From Octopus vulgaris (taxonomy: Eukaryota), in the NCBI GenBank assembly GCA_951406725.2, contig OX597819.1, forward strand, positions 67,704,001 through 67,768,000: a stretch of 64,000 nt of DNA. The letters are read 5' to 3'. The stretch's first letter is position 1. The number at the start of each line of letters is the position of its first letter. Both the position numbers and the translations under genes were made by a program. The notes under the pieces are model-generated. The model worked only from the letters and a program-made list of their open reading frames with translations, had not been told where the DNA came from and made no database searches. Of the stretch, positions 39,850-53,670 are shown piece by piece.

Positions 39850-40800
39850 ATACAAGGTGTAGTCAAAATGTATGTCACCTTTGGCCAAAAATAATATTAA
39901 AAAGTAATATTAAAAAAAAGTCACCATTTTGGTTTGGTCTCCTTCGAGGTATTCGCTTTTGAAGTCTACACGCTCTGACGGCGTTCCTGCCACAGCTGAA
40001 AATATTTCCGGAAGCCACTCTTTGGCTCTAAAACATCCAATATCATAGAAATATAGGTAGCTGAAGACATCCTTCCCTGACATAAAAATATTTCTCCGGG
40101 TCCTGTGGCAGCCCGACACAATGATAGAACCACGCACATGTTTTACGATTGGTACCAGACATTCAGTCTTAAATGCTTCCCCAAGTCTGCGACGCACGAA
40201 AGTTGCACCAGATGTACTGAAAACCTGGTTAAAAACATGAAAAATAATATTAGCTTTATGTTGGATACTTTTTGTATATATATTATGGGCAACAAACCAG
40301 TTACATTAAATTTATATGTTGATTGCATACATGTACTATCTTACCTCATAGTTACTTTCATCAGACCATATGACTTTCGACCATTGCTCACTGGCCCACT
40401 AAAGACGTTTTTTCCATATTCCCTTCAGAAACCCATGGCTTCTTCCTGGCTTTACAGTCTTTCGGACCATACGCTACAAGCCTTCTTCTAACAGTTATTC
40501 TTGATATTTGTACTTGGCTCGTTGAAGTCCACACAGAGCTTCGACGATATCTTTCTCCTGTTTCTGAGCGCTGTTGGATGACGGATCTCTCATCACGAGG
40601 GGGTGCAACATTTTTTCTGCTGGTTCTTTGTATAGTGTTCACATCTTTTGTCTCTCTGAAGCGCTTGAGATTCGTTCGCACCGCACAGGAATAACATTTA
40701 ACTTTCTGAGCAATTTCCCTTTAAGACATTCCATCTTCATGATGAGCTACGATTTGACCTCGCTCACACTCAGTCAACTCCCTTGTTTTAGGCATTTTGC
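39850..40800 (-). mobile_element. Degenerate Tc1-family transposon with a 120-bp intron, internally deleted
   Basis: HTH-like TVRRRL..ARKKPW, WSKVIWSDESNYE, VRRRLGE..ECLVPIVKH..GSIIV.GC. GT-AG intron at 40225-40344. Confidence 0.82.
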
Positions 40801-41103
40801 TCTTTATTAACTGTATCAGCAACGTATTTATCATAAAACTCTGAAATAATCAAGGAAACTTCAGTTAAATTTGGACGTTGGTCTTACTCGTTCTTGGGTA
40901 CATATGTAAAGTACAGTATAAAAAAGGTAATTGATCCCTAAAAGATCGTCAAATAGATATTAAAACTAATATATATTTTGAAATATGGCATAATCCACGA
41001 TGTGCACGAGTTTCATTAACATTGAGATAGCAGAATCCCAAAATTTTACGGTGGCCAATTTTGGCCGCTGCCACTAGCGACGGTATTTCTAATAGTACTA
41101 TCG

Positions 41104-41255
<152 letters not shown>

Positions 41256-41528
41256 TATAAACTATAAATGAAGTATATTAACGTATGAATATGATTTTAT
41301 GCATATAGCTGTGTATGTGGGTATGTGTTGTGTGTTTCAAACAAGCGGCGCTGAGATATTACCTATACGTATAAGACTAGTCTACTAGCAATACACTAGT
41401 GATACGCTGTTATATCGATCAGTGCCTGATGCAATCGGTTACGCATCCATTTCAGAACACTTCAAACAAATTGATAACATTCCATATTTTACTGAAATAT
41501 CAAACCTCAAGAACACAAAATATCCAAA

Positions 41529-42414
41529 ATGAGCAATTCTCAAATATTTTACAACACACACGTTATTATTGTTAGCTCTATACTGTATGGTTCTATAACG
41601 TTATTGCTTTTTGGAAATTTCGGTAATTTAGCAGTTATTGGAACATTTTGCATTAAAGCATCTCGTCACGTGAAAATTGCTCCATACATTGTTTGCTTGG
41701 CACTTGTAGATTTGGTTATGATTTGGGAGAATTCCCTAATATATTTATGTTATACACATGAACCGCATCAATTTTATATTATATTCAACAAATTCTTAGA
41801 TTAGGGATTAACTTACGTTCTAGTAATAATTTCCTCGTGGATAACTGTAGCTATATCTATAGAACGACTGTTTGCGTTTTGTATTCCTTTATCGCACCGT
41901 CTGTTTTCTAAGACGTATATACCGTATAGTGTGATATTCTTAGTTTTTATTTTCGCTTCTGTGACGTTCCCATTAATCAAAATATTTTTAGATATAAGGC
42001 ATTTTGCTCTTGTTCTCGTAATTCTGTATTCATTCATACCTCCGCTTTACTGCTCGTGATCTATCTTTATGACATATAAAATAATGAACCGACCAAATCT
42101 TGGACAAGAGTTTTCTCGCAACTTTTTACCGCAGTTGCTAAATCCCGTTCGCATCGTAATCGCCATCGATGCTGTTTTTCTTCTTACCACACTGCCTACA
42201 TCCATCTTTAATAGTGTAATAACAGGTTATGAGGAGAGGAATGTAAGTTTAATGATGATCTTTAATACACTCGCTCTCATTAATAACAGTGTCAATTTTA
42301 TAGCATTCATCATTGGAAGCCAAAAATTCCGACAGAATCTGAGACAAATATGCTGCCGAAAAACGAAATTTCAGCGTCAAAATATATATATACATTTCAA
42401 TGAAGACGTACTGA
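41529..42414 (+). pseudogene. GPCR pseudogene, copy 5 (copy 3/4 subfamily)
   Basis: Aligns end to end with copies 3/4. In-frame TAG at 41802-41804; two small compensating deletions in TM5 create TGA at 42057-42059; a frameshift in an (AT)n tract at about 42382-42392. Confidence 0.9.
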
Positions 42415-43319
42415 TTTACGGTCCAAAAGGTAAGAATTAAGTTCTGTTATTTGTCTATTTCCGAATTTGTCTCGCTCTTTATCATTGTATGAACACATTT
42501 ATATATACTATGGGCAAATGTTTTCGTATGTAAATCCGCAAGTGTTTCGTCGTTTTTTGCAGTATCGTTTTATTGCACACAAAAAATCATAAATTCTGTA
42601 GAATATTCTTTCATAGTCTATTGTATTTGGAAAGAATTATTCTCTTTTAGTGCCTCATTATTTAACACAATCACCGGTAAGATTTCCACTCATTTACTCA
42701 TATATTTTCCCTAAATTTGTGGTTGCGTCTTGCAACCTTTTCAGTAGTCGTTGGTTCAGTCCGTTATCGGAACTACGTCCTATTGTTTGTTTGTGTGCAT
42801 GTGTGTGCGTCTGCGTGCATGCGTATACACGCATGAATGTATCTATGTATACATGTATGTGTGTGCATGTGAGGTGCGGTGTATTTATATGATCAAGTGT
42901 TTCAGTCTTCATTTGCCTGTCTATCCGTATTACCTACGTACCTATCTGTTTACTCACACACCTATTTACCTACATCTGAGAGACACACTCCCAAGCACAA
43001 GTCCGGGTAAGTTTGTTTATGGAAGACCAGTAGTCGCCCCTGCATACAAGCTCCCCCTCTCCACGCCACCAGTTTTCTACAAGGGAAGGGCAAAGGCCGA
43101 TACAGCTTCGCACCTGTGACGTCGAAACTCATTTCTAGAGCTGAGTGAACTGGAGCAAAGTGAAATAAAGTGTCTTGCTCAAGAACACAACACGCAGCCC
43201 AGTCTGGGATTCGAACTCACAACCTCACGATCTTAAGATCGACACTCTAAACACTGAGTCATGCGGCTTCACTTACCTACATATATATATATATATATAT
43301 ACATACACACACACATATG

Positions 43320-43373
<54 letters not shown>

Positions 43374-44476
43374 TGTATGTGTGTGTGTGTGTGTGTGTGC
43401 AGCAAGCAATCTTGCTGAATTTGAACTCAGAACGTAACGGCAGACGAAATACCGCTAAGCACTTTCCCCCGGCGTGCTAACGTTTCTGCCAGCTCGCCGC
43501 CTTAGCGATATCTACAATGGATGCAGTTAACACACACCAATGATCGGCAGGAAGCAAACCACTAGCCTAACGGGGACTTATAAGAAACATTTATGAATTT
43601 ATTTAGTTGATATCATGAAATATTAACAAAGATTTTATTTCAGTTTATTTTCCATTTATTTAAGAATGACTGAATCGCTTTGTTTTAGAGAGAGAGAGAC
43701 CGTTATCGTATATTTTAGTATTTAAAAACTTTCTTCCATTTAACCACGATAAACTTCCCTGAGAATTTCTAGTGTCATGTTTTAACATCAATATGTGTAT
43801 GTGTATAGGCGTATCCGTAGAAACATGCATACACATACACATCACCACCACCATCACCAACACCACCGACCGCCAACACAAACACACACACACATATACA
43901 TCTACACATACAAATTTTACGTGTCTCATTAATCATAACTAGGGATTGTCGCGGATTAACTCAACGGATGTACGTCCCGTTGCTATTCTGAACGTTATAC
44001 ATTGTAATATGTACATGTTAACTGATAATAATTCTCCTCACAGCTTTGGAAATGTCATTATCACCAATGACAGCACCATCGCCATAAGTTTTAGAATTAG
44101 CGCAGACAGTCTTGACTGCAGCGTCAGTAACAGCAACGATAGTGTCATCAACGAATGTAAATATCAGACGCAGTAGTCAAGCAGCATGTGTTTATCGACA
44201 AGTATTTCATAGAAAGTTATTGAAAATTCAAATGTTATATCACTGATGTTATACTGCATTCCTTCCTTCATACGTCCACTTGTCTTAATGATGGTAACCA
44301 TATTATCTCTAGGAAAACGAAAGACACTATTGATATAAGTGAAATACTCATGTGGAAGGCCATAAACAGAGACACTCAAAATCACACACACACATAGAAA
44401 GACTGATACATACATGTAAATATATACATATATTCGTAGATATGTTGGTGCAAACAAGAAAAATATACATGCATAC

Positions 44477-44544
<68 letters not shown>

Positions 44545-44605
44545 ATAGATAGACAGACAGCAAACAGACAGACGGAAAGACAGACAGACAGACATATAGA
44601 TAGAT

Positions 44606-44648
<43 letters not shown>

Positions 44649-44678
44649 GATGGATGATAGATAGATAAATATATATAT

Positions 44679-44752
<74 letters not shown>

Positions 44753-44794
44753 GTAGGTATTTATATATACATATGTATTATTTATATTATTATA

Positions 44795-45285
44795 TGATTG
44801 AACGCCACGCATCCTCTTTCGTTTTCTCTCTTTTCACTCTCTTATTATTTTGCCTCCTCTTCTTCCACTATTCTGTCCTATTACTCTGTCACTCTCTCTC
44901 TCTCTCTCCTTCAATACCTCCTCCCTTGCTCAGGTGGCTTTCTCGTAACCATCAGCCATCTTTCTTCTCCTAACGTCTCTTTCTTTCATTCTCTCCGTTG
45001 TAGCTGGAACAAGGTAGATGTGTTATTGTTTGTCTCCTGTCCACGCTTGATTTAAGCATTCGACACCACCAGCTTGTTTAAGCTTAGCAGCCATTTTCTG
45101 GTTGTTTTCACTGTCATGATTGTGTTACCTATTTTGACCCTCCGCAAAAATCCCAACTTTTATTTAATTTGCTTTGCGGGAGCAACTGTTTTATCGAAAG
45201 CGTATGTTGTTGTTAAATGCTCGAAGTACGAGACTGGACAAAAATAGCCAAAAACTGATGAAGGGCCTTTCTTTATCTTGTTTGC
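44795..45285. repeat. Dispersed repeat, related copy at about 34195-34480
   Basis: TCTCCGTTGTAGCTGGAACAAGG..TTTAATTTGCTTTGCGG.AGCAACTGTT..GAAAGCGTA shared. Confidence 0.7.
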
Positions 45286-45293
45286 ATATATGC

Positions 45294-45374
<81 letters not shown>

Positions 45375-45524
45375 TGTGTGTATTTTTGATTAGTCTACAG
45401 AGAATATTCTAATGTTATGTTATAATATCAATCGGTATGTGATCTCCCAGTAGGAGCTCCGCATACATTGCAAGACATTTAAAAATTTATAGCATTCCAT
45501 AGTTTACCAAAATATTAAAACTCA

Positions 45525-46815
45525 ATGAGCAACAATAGTCAAATATTTAACAACACAAACATTGTTATCACTAGTACTATACGATATGGTATTATAATGT
45601 TATTGATTTTCGGAACGTTCGGTAATTTAGCAGTTATTGGAACATTTTGCAGTTAAGCATCTCGTCACCTGAAACTCATTTCATATAAGGTTTGCGTGGC
45701 TCTTGTAGATTTGGTTTTAATATAGATGAATACTTCACTAAATATATATTATACGTATACGCTTAATATTGATGGACTCAAAAATTTTAGTAGAATCTAC
45801 CATACTCTATATATTCTTCATGGATAATTGTAATTATTTCCATAAAATGCCTGTTCAAGGTCTTTATTCCCTTATCATGTAGTTTCTTATTTCTTTACTG
45901 CCCACAAGAAGCTACACACAAAGGGGACAAACGAGGACAGTCAAACGGATTAAGTCGAATATATCGACTCCAGTGCGTAACTGGTACTTATTTAATCGAC
46001 CCCGAAAGGATGAAAGGCAAAGTCGACCTCGGCGGAATTTGAACTCAGAACGTAACGGCAGACGAAATACCTATTTCTTTACTACCCACAAGGAGCTAAA
46101 CACAGAGAGGACAAACAAGGACAGACAAAAGGATTAAGTCGATTACATCGACCCCAGTGAGTAAGTGGTACTTAATTTATCGACCCCGAAAGGATGAAAG
46201 GTAAAGTCGACCTCGGCGGAATTTGAACTCTGAACGTAGCGGCAGACGAAATACGGCTATGCATTTCGCCCGGCGTGCTAACGTTTCTGCCAGCTCGCCG
46301 CCTTCATGTTTTTTTTTCATGTCGTTTCTTTCATATCATGGCGTTTCGTTCCTAATACCTATACACCGTATTGTGTAATCTCTTCTGTTTTTATTGCAAT
46401 ATTCGCAAATGATAACAAGGGTTATCCGTTTGCTATCTTTATCATGTATTCATTCTTACCAGCGGTTTTACTAATAGTGAGTTCATTCGCTACGAATCGA
46501 CCAAAGTTCGGCCAAAAGTTCGCTCGCAACTTGTCACCACAGTTACTCAATTCCATTCGCATCATAATCGCTATCGGTGCCGCTGTTCTCACTACGTTTC
46601 CTGTATCAATCAGCAGTATCGTAATAAAAATGTTCGATGAAACGAATGCAAGCATTCTAATGTTCTGCAATACCCTCCCTCTCCTTAATGACTGTCTCAA
46701 TTTTATAGTATATACTATTGCAAGGAATAATTCCAGAAAAATCTGAGGAAAATATGTTATCGAAAGACCAAGTCAACGTCAAGTTATATATTATTTGCAA
46801 TGCGGTCATAATTAA
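45525..46815 (+). pseudogene. GPCR pseudogene, copy 6, interrupted by a SINE
   Basis: MSNNSQIFNNTNI...GTFGNLAVIGTFCS then TAA (45654-45656) and TAG (45722-45724). SINE inserted at about 45888-46305. Resumes with YTPYC..YSFLP..RNLSPQLLNSIRI..TTFP..LNFIVY. Confidence 0.9.
45888..46305 (-). mobile_element. SINE family A inserted in GPCR copy 6
   Basis: Near-consensus copy flanked by TSD-like TCATGTAGTTTCTT / TCATGTCGTTTCTT. Confidence 0.88.
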
Positions 46816-49800
46816 ACTGAACAAGTAAGAAGCAATTTCAGTTACATATGCAGTACAAAGCACTCCTATCGAGCACGAAGGAACAAATTCGTTGCTTTGT
46901 GGTGGATGGGGATTCTGAACTTCCCTGTTCGAAAATATAAGGACACAAATATTGTGTCGTCTATCCACATGGAAACGAAGTTCCTTGGGGCTAAACAGCA
47001 GTAATATTTGCCTCATCCAGGACTGCCACACTATTTTGGCAAATAATATTTACTATACATACATGCATCCATGCATACATGCATCCATCCATACATACAT
47101 ACATATATACATACGTACATACATACATACATACATGTGAATAAAGATAGAGTGACCTGAATAGATTACACCAGACTTCGGAAAATATGGCAGTCGGAAC
47201 TCTCTTCTTACAGCAAAACAATATCCCACAATGTGTTTGCAGTACCAGTATGCAGTACCATGCATATGCACACAAGTGCGCGCATGCGCGCACACACATA
47301 TGCATTTAAAGTCAGATAGATACTTAATTTCATATTCATAGAGCTATTAATACGAAAAGGTGTGCATGTATGTATCCATGTAGGAATGTATGCATATAAG
47401 TATGTATCTATACAACGAGCTTCTAAACACTTTACAAGTCATTTGTCGAGACGGTTCTATTGTAAATGGTACTTGCCGAAGTACTGCTCAGTTGGTCTTA
47501 ATTGGAAATGTAGAAACATAAAGATTCTACTTAATTACTTGGTATCGATTTGGCCATTTAGTTAAAATATTCTTAAGTAAAACATCTGTGCCTTTGTGCA
47601 ATTCTGGTTTCTGTAGGAACTCCAAGTATTAAATATTTATTAAAACAGTTTACGTCATATAAATATTGGAACTTGGAGGAAGCGTGGTTTATAGACGCAA
47701 GCATGGTGCATAGGATCATGCTTCGTTATAATTTGAGGCGCCTCTGTGTATTAAGTATCATCTAATTCTACTTGGCTTTTACTTCTATTACAAATTGCAG
47801 AAAATACAGTATTATCAAATATTGCTACATTATATTAATCCTTCGACTTTCGCGGGTATTACGGTCCCGCGATAAGTGAAAACCCGCGAAGTAGAAACAG
47901 AACTGTACTATATATCATTTTTATTGTTTTTACAATTTGCTTATATTTATTTTATTTTAAATGCAAAACAACACCAAGGAAGAATCGACGTAAACTTAAA
48001 TAGGTAAACGGCGATATTACGAGGGATTACTGCAATTTCTAGTCGACTCAGAACGTATGATGATTAACGCAAATTTCAAAATTTCAATATATATCGATAC
48101 ACCTTCATTTAATAGCGATATATATTTACAATTTGAAATTCCGTAGATAAATGAAGTGCCTGTGTGATAAGAAGCTTGCTTCACAACCACATGGTTACGG
48201 GTTCAGTCCCACTGCGTGGCACCTTCGGCAAACTGTCTTCTACTATAGCCTCGAGCCAACCAATGCCTTCTGCGCGAATTTGGTAGACGGAAAGTGAAAG
48301 AAGCCTAGCATGTCGTATATGTGTGTGTGTGCGTATCTGTGTTTGGCCCAAGCCAACATCGCTTGGCAACCGGTGTTAGTGTGTTTACGTCCCCGTAATG
48401 TAGCTGTTCGGTGAGAGAGTCCGATAGAATAAATACTAGGCTTACAAAGAATAAATCCTGGGGTCGATTTGTTCGAATAAAGGTGGTGCTTCAGCATGGC
48501 CACAATTGAAACAATTAAAAAATAAAATGAAAATAAGAAAACGATGTAGTCATCAGAAAATTTACAAGCTTGTTTCATTGCCAGGATTTGCAAGTAGGCC
48601 ATATTATATCTGATGAACATCATAAATGCAAATTAATTAAAACACATATATGCATAAACCTCATGACTTCAAACGTTTATTCTGTTTGATTTGGGAGGCT
48701 TAATGGATGGGTAAATATCAATAATACTAATACTTTCCGGAAGAGAATCTTTCGACAATATTTTGTCTACACTTGAGAATCCTATAATAATATTGATAAT
48801 TGATTAAGTTGATTTCATTCAAGTGTTTGTATTCTGAAAATCACCGTTAGTGTGGGTGTCTAGATAGTAATAAATACTCCGATCGCCATTAACAGTTTCG
48901 CCAACATTAGCATACGCCTTAAAACCATCAAATGTAAAACTTTACATGAACACTGAGAGAGTAGCTGGCGTATAGATTCGGTTTGAAACCTGAATCGAAT
49001 CAGGATTGGATCTTGTCTTCTTACCAATATATTGTTTAATATCTTCTGTAAAATCACATGGCAGCTCAATACTTTATTCATTGACATTTAATACGGGACT
49101 GGATTTGACAGGTGAGGTAGTTAAGGTATGTAATCTATACTCAAATCTTAAAGTAACTCTAATAAACAAGGCATCCCTCAAGATTTTAAATGGTCAAGTG
49201 ACCTAAAAGTGACTTGTTATGGATTATAGTAGTGATTGGGACTGTTTTTAATGAATTCTTGGGAATCTCTTGAGTGTATCATTATAAATATTTGCATATG
49301 TGTTTGTGTCATTCTAAGGCCATGGTGGACTTGTCGTTTGTTGTAGACGCGTTCAAAAGGGGTCTGTATTTTGTAATAAAGACAGTCTCTTTACTAATTC
49401 GTTGGCTACAGGTTGTATCGTCCCTGAATTGGTAGAGGGGACAATTCTGAAGCTTGGATTTTTACTGTTGGTGCAAATGTCGATGTGATGTCTGAATGCT
49501 ATTTTTTCTCTTTTGTGGAATTTTGATCTGGGATCTGTGCAGAGCCACTCTTTTTATGCAGACTGTTTTTTGTTTGGCCAAACTATTGCTCTTGACACAA
49601 AGAGCAGGTTAGTGCATATATCAGGTTCTCCGAAGCACACGTGAAGTTGCTTTTCCCAGTGAAACGTTGTCTCTGTTTGAAGGAGAACGGAAAAATCACT
49701 ACCCGCAGGATAGACATTGCAACGTCCTCCCCCAATAAGGAGATACCAACAAAATTTTCGTTCCAACAATCTACTAAACAACCATGCACAATAAACTGAG

Positions 49801-50068
49801 ACATCAGACGTACTAATACATATTGTCAGACATGCCTCCCTTGAATGAAGGTAATAGTAGCACGTAAATATATATATATATATTTAGACTTCTTTTGGTG
49901 TTTTGTCTTGTACTTATCTCTCGTGTGTTTGATTGTTTATCGGTTGATGGTGATGACCTGTACTTAATGTGTATTATATACATACATATATACATATGCA
50001 TATGTGTATGTATATATGTGTATATATATATATATACATACATAGATATACATAATACATATACATAC

Positions 50069-50150
<82 letters not shown>

Positions 50151-53100
50151 ATGTATGTATGTATGTATGTATGTATGTATGTGTGTATGTGTATGTACGT
50201 ATAGGTTTCAATGAATATATATATGGGAATTTTTCAATCAGGTGAGATTTCATACATGACCTGGAGAAATGCAACGGTGTTGGTTGAGTGGATCTTTAAA
50301 ATATTATTATATTGGGAAATTAGAATGTTTAGTCAAACGACCATATTATTTAAATTCACTTAACCACATCATCTTGAGAACATACAAGTATCAGATGCAT
50401 TATATAAGTATAAATGAGTTGGTTTCTACTTATATATACAAATACATGTATGTGTGTATGCGTGTGTGTGTTGGTGCGTGTGTTGGTGTGTGTGTGTGCG
50501 CGCGCCAGTGTGTGTATGACATTAATGATCTGTAATTAAACTGGTTTACGTAAATGTTTCTTACGATTTAAAAAATAAATTAGATTTCATAATTTGATCA
50601 TTTTAAAGTAGATGATACCGAGTAGGCTATACTTTCATAATAGATGTTGATTGTGACAGGGGTTATAATAATTAAACTTTTTTTTTACACTAATAGGGAA
50701 CATTTATAGAATATTCATTCGTATGTATTAACAGATGAAATTTTCAAAAAATCTATTCGAAACTAATAAAACTTCAATATATTTAATTAGTTTGAAGTAA
50801 TTAAATTATAATTTAATCAAATGTCATTAATATTTAAATACAGTTAATTTTCAATGACTTATGTCTCAACTTTGATCAAACGTTTCTTCTCTATATAGAT
50901 AAGAAGCAGCTACGATAAAATTTGCTTGGTTTTTCCCTGAACATTTAATTATATGTTAACTGAGAAATATTGTGCTTTTTGGAAAACTCAATTTACATTT
51001 ATTTTTAAGCTGTACGTATTCTTATGTGACTTCAGAATCCTAAGGTAATAACCTTTCTATATTTTGAAATATTTTCCTTGCTTAAAATTGATAACCAAAC
51101 ACTCAGACATTATACACAGCTGAATTGCAGACAGTTTTGATTTGGTATGGTGTAACTAAACTCAATTTAGCTCGGGATCATGCATTTTAATTACTTTAGT
51201 TGCATTTTCCTTTATAAGATTCTTTGTCTTTCTAGAATACTATTCCTCTGGCTCCCTTTCTCATGGTCAATACACGTTTAAGAACAGTATAAATAATGTC
51301 ACGGGATTCGTCTTTGTTATGATCGACAATGGAGACATGATAAAAATTCCACTTTCGGTATAATTTTTGACGTGTCATTTTTATTGTATGCACAGCGAAT
51401 GCTTCGGTTTGTTGTCTCCAATTATTCACAAATGACTATGGTTAACGTTTGTAGATTTAATTTCCGTGCCGGATGTCATTGCATTTCTTTTCAGGTAAGT
51501 TAAAGGGAATATTTGTTTGTTTTTGTTTTGTTTTTATTTGATTTTTGGTGAGGTGGTAGATGATACGAGGTAAACAGTAGCCATTACCTTCAGTCTGTGG
51601 GTTTGTAATGTACATTTGTTGGTTTCCGACTTCCATTACTAAAATATCTATAAATGGAATCTTAGCTTCTCTGTTGAACATGATTCCCGTATTTTCTCAA
51701 AAAATCTCAGTGGCGTCCCAGCTAGGCAAATGATTTGATAGGAGATCATGAGTTGAAACTAAACAAATTCAGTATGTCACACACAAATCAGCCAATCAAA
51801 ATCATTCAAACGTTGTTAGCTTCAGTTAAGTAGTTTTATATTGAAATCATGTTAGAGACAAGGTCGCGATAGGTGCGAAGAAAAATTTAGCTCCAAATAA
51901 CGTTTAAGTAAAGCTAACAGTCTATGTGAATTATTGAATGGCTAATATGTGTCTTTACCGCTATAATTGTTCAGGAGATATCGAAATATGTAAATAATCC
52001 GTGACCAAAAGACATAAACTCAGATTTCTGTCCAGCTCATCGGCGTTCCATATATTCCTGTCCGTAATAACAGATAAAACTGGAAATATATAATGCGAAC
52101 GATCAATTTTACTCTGCACATACATTTTCATCGTTAGTATTATTCTCAGGCCGAACATTTTTCTTCTATTGCCGATGAAATGTTTGAAAAAATTCAATTC
52201 ATCTGAAGATATAGTTAATACATTTTAATATATTGCTTTTGGAATGTGATTCTTTTTATACCTGATTAATATAATTTCTAAATGAATGGGATAATTGCTT
52301 AAAATTTTACTTAAGCTGAGTAATTTTTGTTCAATAATATCGCTTATTTACAATTTGTTACAAAGATCATGAAAGCATCAAGTGTTTTATTCCTAAGTTT
52401 TGTTCCTCATAAGCAAGTCATCATTCTTAATCCGATGAAATCATTTTTCTCTTAGTTGCAAATGTTCTTCAAAATTCTCAGATGGTACTCTTACAAATTA
52501 TTCCATTACAGCTCTAGAGGATTTGATGTAAATTTTAGTCCCTTTTCTAGTATATCGACTTCATAAATTGCTTAATATCTTCTTTGATACATTAGGTATT
52601 TTATGTTTGCCTTTTTTAACAATGTCTGCCTCTGCTTCTGTGAACCAGCTTTAAAAAACAATTTCACTGCTTCGAAAATTCAGTACTTATAACTCTTTCA
52701 GCACTGGTTAAAATGTATTTTTGTAGTTGCTTTTCTATTTATTTCTTTGTTTCTTTTTTGTTATATTTTGTTTGCTTCTGTAGTTTTTTGGTGTATTTTT
52801 CTAATACTGTACCCACGAATTCCATATTACTTGGATGATATTCGATTTTATTTCCCGGAATATTTTTCCACCATGATGTAAAATTTATGTTATTTTTTGA
52901 AAATCATTTTTTTATAGTGATGCAATCTGAATGTGTAAGTTGTTCCTATGTCTTCCTGGTAAAACAAAAAATTGTTTATCACAGTGCTCGTTGTTAAAAT
53001 CAGCTTTAGAACTCTAGAATCATTAGCATTTACTTCCACAGCATTTTTGGAAGTTCTTTTCATTCAAAGCCCCATTATTCTTTCCATTAATTGGAAAACA

Positions 53101-53524
53101 AATTATAGTTGTCCGTTGTTGAATTTTTCTGAAAAGTCAAAGCCTTTCTTTGGCGATGGTTGTAATTTCCTTTCGCTGTTTGATGTCCTTAAGATTTTTT
53201 TATATTAATGTTGCTAAAGGACATTTAGGCACTCTACACAGACACTCGAGCATCCACACATACACACATGTACATGAATTCTTATGTCTTCAAAAATATA
53301 AATATACATAAGTATGTACATATGTATGTATGCATATGTTTATTTATATATGTGTTGCTGACGTTATAATAATTCAAATGAATCGGAGAGAACGTGAGAT
53401 AACTCTCTTTTTTTTTGGAACTGGATCGCAAAGAACACCCATAACATGTCTCCGAAATTTTCTATCCAAACGACTTTGTTCTACATAATATTTGCATACT
53501 ATTATTCATAGATATATGCCTTCC

Positions 53525-53670
53525 GAGATCCACTTCCCCCGCAGCCGGAGCCTCGTGGAGCTTAGGTGCTTTTACTCAATAAACGCTCACAATGCCTGGT
53601 CTGGGAATCGAAACCGCGTGCTTACGACCGCGTGACCGCTGCCCTGACCACTGGGCCATTGCGCCTCTAC
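53525..53670 (-). mobile_element. tRNA-derived SINE fragment, family D
   Basis: Minus strand TGGCCCAGTGG (A box) and GGTTTCGATTCCC (B box-like) followed by a non-tRNA body. Confidence 0.6.

Noticed and set aside
41802-41804. Stop-codon rescue by A-to-I editing (UAG to UGG) in copy 5
   Set aside because: Copy 4 has Trp near this position, but the downstream TGA and deletions in TM5 would still break the protein.
48550-49800. Possible decayed Penelope-type RT (also 17120-18060, 23120-24230, 52200-53200)
   Set aside because: Only vague motif similarity by eye; cannot be assigned without a translated search.
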